Assembly (NCBI GenBank): GCA_951406725.2
Contig: OX597830.1
Location: forward strand, 5,766,001 to 5,830,000
DNA: 64,000 nucleotides
Reading direction: 5' to 3'
Origin: Octopus vulgaris
Taxonomy: Eukaryota
Shown: positions 27,817 to 41,776 of the stretch, piece by piece
Layout of the letters: each line of letters begins with the position of its first letter
Position numbering within the stretch: position 1 is the first letter of the stretch
Translations under genes and position numbers: made by a program
The notes under the pieces: generated by a model
Seen by the model: the letters and a program-made list of their open reading frames with translations, nothing else
What the model was told of the DNA's origin: nothing
The model's database searches: none

Positions 27817-28055
27817 GATGACAATAGAATGAACGACTATCATATGACCTTCATTAGGTTACAGCTGTTTTCACTAGAAGATGCGCTGGACTCATACTTT
27901 AGTACCTTGGTAACACGTAAAGGCCTCTTGTTTGCGGCTCCTTTGAAGCTATTAATAGTTAGTCAGGCACTCAACTATGAGTTCACCGCATCCTATAGCT
28001 GAAACAGCTGTAAGGAAATGGAGTTCAGAAGATTATCGTTTATTCATTTGTCATC
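27817..28055. repeat. Imperfect ~80-bp inverted repeat with spacer, containing a degenerate hammerhead motif
   Basis: 27817-27896 is approximately the reverse complement of 27976-28055. GAAACAGCTGTA at 28001. Confidence 0.75.
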
Positions 28056-28815
28056 TCTTTGATTACTGCTCTCTACTCGACTAATGCATTGTTCAGAATC
28101 ATACGTATATTAAGTTATACACCGGTCTATAATCTCTAAACAATATATCTATATCACACACACACACACATACACATACACATTAGTCTTAAATATAATT
28201 ATTTACTGTCAATAATATTCTTCTTTAAAAATGATAAATTTGTACTCTACGAAAGGAAAATGTAACCCTTCAGATTAATGTAAAATTATTTTTTCTCTAA
28301 CTTAACATAAAAACTAGCGTTTATATACTTCTACATACATATATAATATACTCATACATATACATACATAAATGAGTAACTTAAACCAATGACCACTGTA
28401 TACAGCAATTTATTTCATATTAATACTGCTTCTGTCGCATATAACGGATACACGCACGTACGTACGAACACCTCATACACACTTATCTACAAACACGGGT
28501 TCACAACTGCCCTCTAATTTCCAAACAATAAGCACGTATTTTTAATTAACATCATATCACCTTTAGAGAATATTTGAATTTTTAGCTTTTCTCCCTTTTT
28601 CAAGTGGATCTGATCAAATTTGGCATTTAGTAATCACGGTACACCTGCTTGGGGCGAATATGATTCTAATAAACCAAGATGTTGTTTTGTTTTAAGGTAT
28701 TTTACAAGAGTATATATTTGTTATTCAAACATATGCCACAGGCCAATTCCAGCTCATGTTGTTTACACATACAAATATACATAAATGCATACGTATCCAA
28801 ATGCATACATTTATC

Positions 28816-28961
<146 letters not shown>

Positions 28962-29535
28962 TAAATAAGCGTGTAACAAATAAGCGAGTGAACATATACT
29001 AAATACACAGGCGAACAGAAAACGCAGAAGGTCACCAACTCTTCATCAGTTATCGGTCAATGGTTCAAGCGCAGTTTCAGCCATTATTGATAATATTGGT
29101 TGCACTCTGGAGGCATCGGAAAGAATCTTGCTGGGAATGGGATCAAAACATAACAAAGCGAGACTTACCAGACGGGCGATGGGCGAAACAATAAAGAGAA
29201 TAAAGGCTTGGTGCCAGACGAAGACAACAATTAATAATGAACAGGATACATATACAACAAACAATAAGAAAGCCTTGGGGCTGCAAGACAAGACAAAAGC
29301 GGACAACGCGAAGGAGAAGTGAAAACTGTCTCAAAGGACGGGAGGAGTAACGCGAGAAGCTCAGAAAATCGTGATTAATTTAGTCGAACGCAACACATAA
29401 AAGAATGACACAGCGGGTAACAGAGAGAAAGAAAATTAAGAGAGGCAAAGTAAAAGGAAGAGATAAATATATATGTACGTACGTATGTATAAATATATAT
29501 GTATATATGTGTGTATATATATATGTATATATGTG

Positions 29536-29593
<58 letters not shown>

Positions 29594-29596
<3 letters not shown>

Positions 29597-29989
29597 TTTC
29601 TTTTTAATTGTTTCAGTCATTTTGACTGCGGCCATGCTGGAGCACAGCCTTTAGTCGAGCAAATCGACCCCGGGACTTATTCTTTGTAAGCCCAGTACTT
29701 AATCTATCGGTCTTTTTGCCGAACCGCTGGGTGACGGGGACATAAACACACCAGCATCGGTTGTCAAGCAATGCTAGGGGGACAAACACAGACACACAAA
29801 CATACACGCACACACACACACACACATATATATACATATATACGTCAGGCTTCTTTCAGTTTCCGTCTACCAAATCTACTCACAAGGCTTTGGTCGGCCC
29901 GAGGCTATAGTAGAAGACACTTGACCAAAGTGCCACGCAGTGGGACTGAACCCGGAACCATGTGGTTGGTAAACAAGCTACTTACCACA
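29594..29989 (-). mobile_element. SINE family B copy, head slightly truncated
   Basis: Reverse complement aligns with 12388-12848. Confidence 0.88.
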
Positions 29990-30327
29990 AGTTGGAACAA
30001 GAACGTAACAGACAACAACAGAACATCTGGACAGTTAGAAGATACAAAAAAGGATAGGAAAATACAAGAACGGGTCATTCAGAACTTTCTTTCTTCAGTC
30101 AAGTTCCAGATCATCTTTGCAGTTTCGGCCGGTTACACACGAGACTATTCCAATGTCGCCAGCCTCAAGAAAATCTAAACTAAGAGCACTACACACCTTG
30201 GAAGAAACCGAGCGAATGTGTACGAAAACTAGGATAAAAAAAACGGTGAAATGGCATACAAATAAAAACATAATATTATATGATCGAACACCACGCATCT
30301 TTTTCCAAGTGTGAATATATATGTGTA

Positions 30328-30366
<39 letters not shown>

Positions 30367-30698
30367 ATATATATGCACTACGGGCATCCTCAGAGTTTGA
30401 CCGTGTTGCGACACGTTGGGATTGGAGCCGAAGCCATGTGCTTACCAAGCGAACTCCGCACATAATTCTATGCAAGTAGGCAGAACTTTTTTGATGCATA
30501 ATACAGCCATATCTAACTTGTGCATATTTATCTAAAAATTATAGATACTCTTTTACATATATACGTTTATGGGCGGGTGTGTATGTGTGTGAGTATGAAT
30601 ATATATATGAATGTATAAGATTATTATTATTGTTGTTATTATTATTACTATACTTATTATTGTTATTGTAATTATTATTATTATTATTATTATTGTTA

Positions 30699-30816
<118 letters not shown>

Positions 30817-30928
30817 GTATATTAATTACCTGCAAGAATTTCATTCAAGCTGATAAGTATTAGCTCGCAGCCAAAACAATCAATCGTGTTATCTGAATGA
30901 CAAACAATTAGAATCAACGTATATATAA

Positions 30929-30967
<39 letters not shown>

Positions 30968-30970
<3 letters not shown>

Positions 30971-31243
30971 TACATACGCATATACACTCATACACACACA
31001 CCGACACACATACACGGACACACACACACATAGATGTGTATATGCATATTAAGCCTTTGTTTTCTGTTTTCTTATTTGTGTTATTATTCAAGTGAAATTT
31101 ATTCAAGAAAATATCTTATACATATGTGTATTTATATATACATGAATATATATGTACACATGAATACATACATACAATACATATATAATACGTATACATC
31201 ATAGGCATATATATTTATATCTTACATACATGCATACATACAC

Positions 31244-31293
<50 letters not shown>

Positions 31294-31441
31294 TACATAC
31301 GCATATACACACATACACACACACCGACACACATACACGGACACACACACACATAGATGTGTATATGCATATTAAGCCTCTGTTTTCTGTTTTCTGATTT
31401 GTGTTATTATTCAAGTGAAATTTATTCAAGAAAATATCTTA
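30968..31441. repeat. Local direct duplication, ~150-bp unit, offset 323 bp
   Basis: 30968-31118 is nearly identical to 31291-31441. ORFs 30822 and 31199 share their N-termini. Confidence 0.92.
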
Positions 31442-31701
31442 ATCTTTATTAAACCAATTTGAATTCTTGTTTCAACTGAATACACAGTTTCGCTGTGAGC
31501 AACACAAGCCAAAGCAACACGCATTGCCATTCTTTTCATTGATAACATAATGGAATCGATCTTTCGATAAAGATATACAAAATTAAATGCAAGTCTACAG
31601 TGAAAATATAAAAAACTATAGACATTTATGCATATAGAACATATATATACATACACACAATATATATATATATATATGTATACATACATACATACACACA
31701 T

Positions 31702-31750
<49 letters not shown>

Positions 31751-31981
31751 TGCTTCTGTGTGAGAGTCTATGTTTGAGTCTGTGAGTGTGCTCATATATG
31801 TATGTATACATACATATCTAAGAATATTAGAATTTATATATACTCCAGCATATTTGGATTCGAATGTTCATATACACATATATGTATATATACACACAGA
31901 CAAACACACAAGCGTATATATATCTATACGTAGGCACACCCATTTTTACACATATTGTTGCATTAAGGCACACACACACAC

Positions 31982-32013
<32 letters not shown>

Positions 32014-32044
32014 AATATAATATATATATATATATATATATATT

Positions 32045-32087
<43 letters not shown>

Positions 32088-32207
32088 TATAGTTGTCTAT
32101 ACACAAGCAACGCACAGACAGACACACACCGTATATAAATCTATATTTAGGCACACCTATTTATATATATTGTTATTAAGACACACACACACACATATAT
32201 ATATATC

Positions 32208-32249
<42 letters not shown>

Positions 32250-33246
32250 GACATATATATGCATATAGTTGTCTATAAACAAGCAACACACACGCGCATA
32301 CATACATATGTATACGTATAATATCCTTACATAACGGCCCTCCATTTATGTGCATTCATATATAAATGTAAGTTTGTTATTCTCTCTTTTTCGCCCAACT
32401 CTTCATTATCAGGTCAGGCTTTTTGTGTTATATAATGTTTTATAATATTATGAAATAATGTTTGCCTTTGAATGCATTCTTAATCTTTGCTCCTTTTATC
32501 CAACGTTTTGGATTATTCTTTGAATTACAGACGATTCTTTGTCTTTTTTCTGATAAGCACTTGCACTCTAATTTATTTTGAATGTAAAGAGATAAAAAAA
32601 AATATTCTGACATTCTTTTATTTTTTTTTTATTTATACTTAATTTTTTGTTTACTCTTTCATGTAGAAGTTTAGAAAAAACATTTAATATTAATTACGAG
32701 GCGTTTTTGAATCACAGTGAGATTGTCGGTTATTTGTTTTACATAATGGATGAAAGTTATTATTCTGGAAATTTTTTGTTGGGAAATTTCTTTTTCAGAG
32801 TGCTGAGTCTTTGTTGTGTATCGCTAGTTTTCTATTGAATTAAAAAATTAATTTGGCACAAAACTAAGGAAAGTGTATTTAATAAAATCAAGACAAATTA
32901 CACAAGGAATAATAATAAAAAAAACGATGTAAACAAAGCCGTAATTACGTTCTTCTTTTGTTAAGTAGATGCTTTGTAAAAGAAGAGGTACTCTGTAGCT
33001 CGTTGCTCGACCTGCTATAAATAGTAGTCTAATCTTCTTCGTGTCGCATCTAACTGTCTTTGACAGAAAAATACTAATATATACTTAGATAAAAAGCGAA
33101 CAAAATACACCGGATGACCGCAGTTGAATTGTATTGAATCATCTGCTTGTTGGAGGGAACTGTTTTGCGGATATACAGCAACAACAAAAATCGCTACAAT
33201 AAACTATTGTGTCTGAATGTATGTTTATATGTTGAGATAGGTTTAC

Positions 33247-33328
<82 letters not shown>

Positions 33329-34213
33329 ATATATATATATATCTTTCTATATCTATCTATGTATTTATCTATCTATATCTTTATCTATCTATCAAAACGT
33401 GCATGTATGTGTGTATATATATATATATGTACATGTATATACATATGTAGATTACCATATTCCATCCAACCTCGCTCCCTCAATTCACTATAAAAACACT
33501 TTTAACACGCTTCCATTCTATACATTTTGTCTCTTTCATATATACATCAGGTCTCAGGGTAAGCCACACTAATTCACGTAAATGTCCACTCACATTTTCA
33601 CTTCTTTTATTATTCGTACTTGATGAAGATCTACAATCCGAAACGTTGAATACTTCTTTTTTCCGCACAGCGTAATTATATACTGTTTCTCCGCCAGTAA
33701 TTTCTCGGCTATTATATAAAAGTTTTGAATATGATATTACGTCACAGAATCCTGCAGCCTTACTGGCTGAAACGGGTTCAGCATTATTTTTGATATAACA
33801 TATAGGTACGACCTTCCGAGAACAATATAACCAAACGCGTTCCACAGATTTCTCCTTCGATGCGATGTCACATCTTTACATCCATCAGCTTCATCTCCAC
33901 TAAGATACGATATTCTTTTCATATTGATTTCTATGTCACCTCGCTACCATAATTTCACCTCACGTGGCTTCCGTCCCCTCACAAAACTTCTAAACATACA
34001 GGTATTCATAGATTTACACGGGAGAATGATTTCTAGAGCCATTGTGCAAAACGAAGCTTCGTAAAATGAGGGAAATTGATTTTAATGATGATATGAAAAA
34101 TAATCACAAAAAATTTTAAAATGGGAATACAAATTTGTATTTGTCTATATATCTATCAAAGGATCATAAATACTTTATATTCACAGTTGAAAATAAATAG
34201 GTTTATGCTTGCA

Positions 34214-34258
<45 letters not shown>

Positions 34259-34321
34259 TACATATACATACCTATATATATATATACGAGTATGCATTTA
34301 TATATAACATATGTATTTATA

Positions 34322-34366
<45 letters not shown>

Positions 34367-34452
34367 GTACAGATGTATATATATACATATATATATACAT
34401 ACATTCATATATATATATATTTATATATATATGTATATATATACATACATAC

Positions 34453-34516
<64 letters not shown>

Positions 34517-34854
34517 GTATATATATATGCATATATATATATATGCCTCTCTGTGACAGTAGTTTATTTTCTATACAATCGAATATATTTTTCTATTTCT
34601 ATTCTCTCCACACTATTGCTACATATCCATGAAGTATGTTTTAAAACGATTAACGATCTATTAATTCTCTGAAACAGTTATTTCTTTTATATTAAACTGC
34701 TCTGCGGTGTGTGTTGAACCTTCTCCATTTTGAAGTTAATTTAATTTATTTATTTTCATTTCCACAGAAATCAATTTTCTTGACATTTGAAAATCTCTTC
34801 TGCTATCATAAAAATAATGAAATTTTAAAAATAAATTGTATGTGTGCATGCATG

Positions 34855-34938
<84 letters not shown>

Positions 34939-35319
34939 CATGCGTAGTTGTATGTACATATGTATATATATTTATGTTTGTTAGCCTCTGTGTATGTCTG
35001 TGTGTGTGTAACTATTTCAATGCATCAAAATGACTTTATTCTTCTACTAAAAATAAACCTCCTGGGGTACATATACTTTTGAAATCTCCTTTTATATATT
35101 TATACGCCTGTGTCTATATAAAAATATGCATGCATATATACACACACATATATATATATATATTTTAATGCTACCGCATGTGTATCGTTGGTGGTTTTTT
35201 CCCTCCGTCTTCCTTTTCTCTTGGACTTGTCTCTATCTATATATATAATATATAATGTTGGCGAATGAAATTAAGTAGAAAAATGAACATTGTCAATTTA
35301 GTTTTTAAAACATTCCATA

Positions 35320-35404
35320 TGTGGCTGATGAGTGCTCTAAATTGTAATTCTGATGTAATACATTGTTTTAATTAAATGATGTATCATGAAACGATTGTAC
35401 TACA
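35320..35404 (+). ncRNA. Candidate minimal type I hammerhead ribozyme
   Basis: Stem I TGTGG/CTACA, core CTGATGA (35325-31), stem II GTG/CAT closing a ~50-nt insert, GAAAC (35388-92), loop GATT, GTA triplet (35397-99). Confidence 0.7.
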
Positions 35405-35554
35405 CTACCTTTGGATATCCTTGTTGCTTATTTTGATTTATATATGTGTGTGTGTGTGTGCGTGCGTGCGTGTGTGTGTATGTATGTATATGTATATGTA
35501 TATATATACATGTTTATGTATATATTTATGTATATATATATATACACATATAAG

Positions 35555-35588
<34 letters not shown>

Positions 35589-36539
35589 AGTATGTGTATA
35601 ATATATATATATATATATGAGCGTGTGTGATTTAGTGTGTAATTCTATCGTAATCGAGCTAAACCGGTTACTCTAAATTTTATGATAATCTGCAGGCCGA
35701 CAACATGGAATAATTGCGTCATTAAACGTACCTAATGCCACAATTTTAGAGGATTCGAAATGCAAGTTGTACTTTAAATATAATTGCGTAGTCATTAATG
35801 TAAAAGCGAATAACTCAGAATATTCACAAACGATTCGCAGTCCTACAATCAATGAATCTACTCCCACACGCCGTTATGCGAATTAAACGGACCGGTTTAG
35901 TCTAGCCATTCCTTGTTGTCGTTTAAATAGATATAAACGAATATGCATAAATACATATTTAGCTACATCGCCATACATATGTTTCTATATACATATTTAT
36001 GTATATAGATACAGACACACAAACGCGCAAGTACATATGTTTGTAGAGTAATAACTAGCGATGGACGATGCATATGTATCAAAAGCTACTTTATATTCAG
36101 CTTAATGTAGATGTCTTCTTAGAACACACAACATTGGGTTATTAGCTTTGAGAGGACATCTCACAGAAGCGTTAAGAGCATCAATGCACACACAGATCAT
36201 GGTAGGCGAAAATCGCTGCTACGATATAGAATATTAGCATTTTTCAGACACTGATGACGCAAATAGCAAACAGGTTTTTAGAAATTAATTATTAGCGCCG
36301 GAATTAGTATTAGTACCAAACAATAATCTTTGTATCCGACTTTGGTGCATAAAAGTACAACCATAGTTCATAGCGGACGAGAATCATCTGTTACCGGTGG
36401 AATGCAGAAGACTCTCGCTGAAGATTTCCAGCAGAATGAAATTACGTGAACATGACAGGTGACTATCATTTGCTACAATCAATGTTTTTGCTTTTATGCA
36501 CCAAACGCCTATATGAGAGTGTCTCTCAAGGTTGATAAC

Positions 36540-37365
36540 GGAGTATTGAGCGTAGGATATCCTCTGGGCCGGCGAATTTCCAAGATATAGCATACCAGAT
36601 CATCACAGATCCTCCTTCATGTTTAACAGTTTGAAGAAAGCTGTCTGGGTCAAATGCTTGTTTTGGCTATCTCCACACGTATACCCGGCCCGGCGGTGCT
36701 CGGAAATAAGGCAAAGGATGTATCGTCCGAGAAAATAACATTCTTCCACTGCTCTAGGGACCAATTCAGTAGGTTTTTACTCCACTTTAAACGCTTTGCA
36801 AAGTTTGTTTTTGAAAGTAGTAGTTTTCTGATTGCAGCCCTCCCGTGAAATCTGGCTTTGTGCAGCTCCCGGCGAACAGTTTTTGTGGAAACTGGGTTTT
36901 CGAGGTGGTCATTAAGCTTTGCAGAAATTTTGGGAGCTGTACTTTTGTGATCCTTTCTAACAATTCACGTAAGAGTCCGACGGTCCCTATATGAAAGTTT
37001 TGGTTTTCTTCAGGAGTTTTGTTTCAACGAGGTTTTTCCCCCTTTCTCAAAGGCTGTCATTACTTTCGAGACAGTACTTCTTGATACACCAAGCATTTCG
37101 ACTGTTTTCGTTACGCTAGCGCCTGCTATGCGAGAACGAATGATTTGACCTCTTTGAAAGTCCTGTAGATATGCCATTTGAATGAATTCTAATTACCTTT
37201 TTCTGATATCTGAAAAGAAACAGCCATTTTAACAAAACATATGAAGCAACACTAAAAATAAATAACAAAAACTTAGAGATAAACAAGCTTTTGACGTTTT
37301 TATAGATATTTCAAAATTATGATGCTATGGTGCAAGCTTTTTCCCATTATTTTGTCTAACCCCTA
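36540..37365 (-). mobile_element. Tc1-family transposon, 3'-truncated pseudogene
   Basis: TIR-like (C/T)AGGGGTTAGACAAAATAATGG at about 37365. From 37177: MAYLQDFQRGQII…GVSRSTVSKV…WKNVIFSDD…TVKHEGGSVMIW. Confidence 0.88.
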
Positions 37366-37857
37366 TATATTTATATATACATACGCACACACAGGAGCGC
37401 GTACACACACACATGCCCACACCTATATATACACACCTCTAGATATATAAATATACAGAGAGAGAGAGAGAGAGGGAAAGGGAGATAAATAAATAGATAG
37501 ATGATATACATTTCTCTCTCTCTTTCTCTCTGTGTGTACACACACCACACACACAAACAGACAGACAGACACACACACACACACAGAGGAAAGACAAAAA
37601 TGTATTGTTAAAGCGTCTGAACACATCTCTTTTTTTTTCCTCGTAAATACTGCGTAGTGTGATTTCGATAGAGAACGAGAATCTTAAATATTCGAGTTGT
37701 CTGCTAGGTTTTATGCAACTAACCATAATGGAACCTATGGCGTTGGAAAGCTTAGGGTTATACCATGCTCTATATACGACACAACATACGCACACACACA
37801 CGCGTACGCACACACACACGTGTAAATGTGTGTGTGTGTGTGTGTGTGTGTGCATAC

Positions 37858-38525
37858 ATGAAGTGCATTCCAAATGTTTTGTTCACTTTTAGGTGAGGTA
37901 GTTTTAACTACCCTGGATTATTGTAATTTTAGATGTACCATTACTATGCATCTAATAAGCTGACCTGTCACCTTTTGTTATTATAGATTGAAGGAGGCAG
38001 TTGTACCCGCACTTTGAGCGCACCCTGCAAAATCCTGCTCGTCACAGCTGACTTATTTGCAGCCGGAACATGAAGACAACTTGGAGGCTCTCTATCCAAT
38101 AAGTTAATTGGGAAAACTGAGGGAAAAGCGCTCGAATAAATTTATGAAACGCAGCAGACTCCCTATGGGTTAAATTGCATGACAAACATATGTGTCGCTG
38201 CAGAAGGGGACAGGCAAAGTCAGTCGACCGAGAAACTCATGATAATCTCCTTTTCTTCGACAGCAAAGGCACCGTGAGCTCCCATCCGATTCCCTCTTGC
38301 CAAGTGATTAACAAAGTGTACTATGTAGAGGTCTTGAGGATGTTCAGGAAGAGGTCTCGTCGCAAAAAGGCCGGAGTACCTGCACGAGAATAAAGCGACA
38401 GTCCACAATTCCATCCTGGTAACGAACTTCTTGACACAGATCGGCAATAAAACTCTACCTCACACTCCCTAAAGTCCCGACCCTGCTTGCTGTGGCATTT
38501 CGTTTTCTCCTAGGCTGAAGAAGAT
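37858..38525 (+). mobile_element. Degenerate, internally deleted mariner element
   Basis: KLMIISFFDSKG…INKVYYVEVL…LHENKATVHNS…PHTP*SPDPA (degenerate HDNA and YSPDLAP motifs). Confidence 0.75.
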
Positions 38526-38624
38526 AAAAGAGATAGTGACAACCTCACTTTGAAGGAATGAACTTTATATCTATCTGTCTATATATTTACGTGTCTGACT
38601 GCCTCCCTGCCTCCCTGCCTGCCT

Positions 38625-38639
38625 GTCTATCTATCTCTC

Positions 38640-38712
<73 letters not shown>

Positions 38713-38765
38713 CATCCACCCATCCATTCATATCTCTATCTGTCTATCGATCTATACATCAATAC

Positions 38766-38854
<89 letters not shown>
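38625..38854. repeat. (TCTA)n microsatellite, left flank of the Tx1-clade LINE
   Basis: Direct observation. Confidence 0.95.
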
Positions 38855-41690
38855 GCTCTAAGGAACGAAGGTGTTGGAGCCGCGAGAGAGGCCCGGGTGG
38901 CAGAGGCGCAACAGGGCAACAAAGCCACCATTCGGTCCCTGGTAGATGAACAGGGGCGCGAATTGCTCGAGCCAAGTAAAATGTGTGAGGCATTTCAACA
39001 GCATTTTGCCCGACTGTTCGGGACGAGTGGAGGACAAGAACGTAGGGTGGACTTCAGTGCCTACCTACATAGCCTACCACGACTCTCGACAAGAGAGGCA
39101 GGGTGCTGCGAAGGTGCCATCACGGCGGCGGAAGTGCAGGACGCGATGGCAGAATGCTCGAGGGACAAATCACCGGGTTTGGATGGTCTACCCTACGAGC
39201 TTTACAATTGTATGCCAGACTTGTTTGGAGATCTCTTGGCGGCGGTGTACTGCAACTGGCAGCAAAACGGGAGCATTCCTGGTTTTGTGAGCAGAGGAGC
39301 CGTAACACTGCTGCAGAAAGATCTAAACAAGAGAAATGTAATAGATAACTTTAGGCCCATCACTCTGCTTAATGCAGACTTGAAAATTTTGGCCAAGGTG
39401 CTAGCCAAGAGGTTGGCGCTTGTCATCGAGAAACTGGTCGACAAGGCGCAAACATGCGCCGTGCCGGGCCGGACTATCCACGACAACCTCCACCTGATGC
39501 GCTACATCATAGACAGGGTAGTTAACGAACCTGGCATGGGTGGGTCGCTGATCAATTTGGATCAATCGAAAGCTTTCGATAGGGTGGACCATCGATACTT
39601 GGAGGCAGTCCTCAGAGCGGCTGGCTTCGGTCCCGTCTTCCGCGGCTGGATAGCCGCTTTGTACAGAGGCATCCGTTCGGTAATTCGCGTAAATGGACAT
39701 CTATCGAGACCCTCCGACATCGCACGTTCGGTCCGTCAGGGATTCCCCCTCTCGTCGCTTCTATACGTATTGACTCTCGAGCCATTATTGCGGAAGCTGG
39801 CAACTTTGAAGGGCATCCCGCGAGAGCTGGGATGCGGGACGAGCGTGTCTGCATACGCGGACGACGTCACCGTCATAGTATCTAGCCACGAGCACATCGA
39901 GCAGGTCGGCGAGACACTGAAAAACTACGAAGCGGTGACAGGAGCGAAAATCAACCGGGAAAAGTCAGTGGGCTTGCGACTAGGCACCTGGAGAAGCAAG
40001 CCCATGCCGTCCACCAGCGCCTCCGTCGTGGGACGCTGGACCGACGGCCCGGTTGAGTTGCTCGGGGTCTGGTTTGGTCCGGACCTCCAAGTGGAGAAGA
40101 ACTGGAACGAGATAACGAGTAGGGTGTTCACTCTCGCCCGGCAATGGGCCGAGAGGAAACTGTCCCTAAAAGGTCGGGCGGAGGTGGCGAACACGTACAT
40201 CGCGTCCGTCATCTACTACCGCCTGACCGTCGTACCTTGTCCCGACCCTACCATCACCAAACTACAACGCATTCTCTTTCGCTTCTTGTGGAAAGGATGC
40301 GTCCCGATGGTCAGGCGATCCATTTGCTGTCAACACCCGTTAAAAGGAGGGCTGGGCATGCCATGGTTGATGATGCGCAGACACGCGCTGAGACTGCGAC
40401 ATCTCTGGCTCTATGTAGACGACGGTGAACAGGTGTGGTCGCCGTTTGTGAGGCACGCTTTCCCGCAGCTCGTCTCCATGACCGAACTGCAGTCGTGGAT
40501 CAAAAAGAGGCCGAGGAAGGGCGAATGGCACCGCGAGTGTCGCGTTGCTCTCAAGCAACTCTGCCGTGTTGGGTCGACCTTAAGTGACTTCACAAACAAA
40601 GCATTCTATAGGGGATTAGTGGATGGGAGGTACGACGACGAGCTCGGGGCGAACCTGGACGTCGACGAGGAGTACCTGACCCGCCTGTTCGGGACGACTT
40701 TCGGGCCAGGGCCCATGGACAACTTCCAGAGATCCCTGGCCTGGCAGTGCTACCGAGAAGCGCTACCCGATCGGGATAAGCTCTACAGACACGGCTCGAG
40801 AAACACGGAGCCGCCCTGCCCGAGATGCGGTCAGAGCGACGAAACCGTTCTGCACGCACTCGTGCAGTGTCCAACAATTTCCGACCTGTGGGCTTATGTC
40901 GAACAACTGCTGTCACGTGTGGGACGAGTCGGTTTATCAGCTGAGTCTATCGTCAATATTGTCACGCCCCCTTCCTTCAAACGGGAAGGAAGAGCTATTT
41001 TCATCATCCTTGTGTCTATGGCGAAAGAATGTATCTGGTGGACGCGTCTGAAAGGATTGGAGACAAACTCTTTCCTCTCTGGTCAATCTCTCATCAACTT
41101 CTTCAAGTACCACTTGAAAAGGAAAGTGAGAGTAGAGAGGCAAGTTTTGTCTAGCGAATGTTTTAAAAAAGATGGGTGAATGTAGCAAGAATGGCACGTA
41201 TGAATGACGAAGCCACCTTGAGCATAATCCTATGAACCCAGAAATTGAAAACAGAGGGTTACCCACTTGCAAACAAATGTGGTAACATATAACAATATTG
41301 ACCAAGGTTACCGTGGTCTTTTTCGTAGGCTTTTCTTCCCACAGATAAACCTTACTTGCTTTACCCTTTACACCATATATCATAACACTGTGATACACGA
41401 TCCCTATTGATCGTTTGTTTTTCCTCTTCCCCTTTTTTTCCCCTTTTTTCTTCTTTTTTCACTTCTCTTTTCTTTTGTTCCTTTTCCTTTTCTTCTTTTT
41501 TTTTTATTCTTTTTTAAATTTTTTTGTTCTTTTCTTCCCTTTTTACGATCCCACTTGATCGAAAACCTACGCCACCCCTTTTTTTTGTTTCTTTTGGTTT
41601 TTGTTTTTTTTTCATCCCCCAAAAGAAAAGCTCTACCTTGTAACTTGTCCCATCTGTGTGCAGCCCTGTGTGGCCAATAAAGAAACTTAT
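38855..41690 (+). mobile_element. 5'-truncated Tx1-clade (L1 superfamily) LINE with near-intact ORF2 RT and CCHC, T-rich 3' UTR
   Basis: Frame open from 38855 to 41179: [78 protein letters not shown]. No endonuclease or ORF1. AATAAA at 41676. Much higher GC than flanks. Confidence 0.93.
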
Positions 41691-41691
41691 C

Positions 41692-41766
<75 letters not shown>

Positions 41767-41776
41767 CTATCCATCC

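Noticed and set aside
38558-38854. N-terminal ~99 aa of the 873-aa ORF as a real protein start or host fusion
   Set aside because: It is stop-free (TCTA)n sequence fortuitously in frame with the truncated LINE ORF2. There is no evidence of expression.
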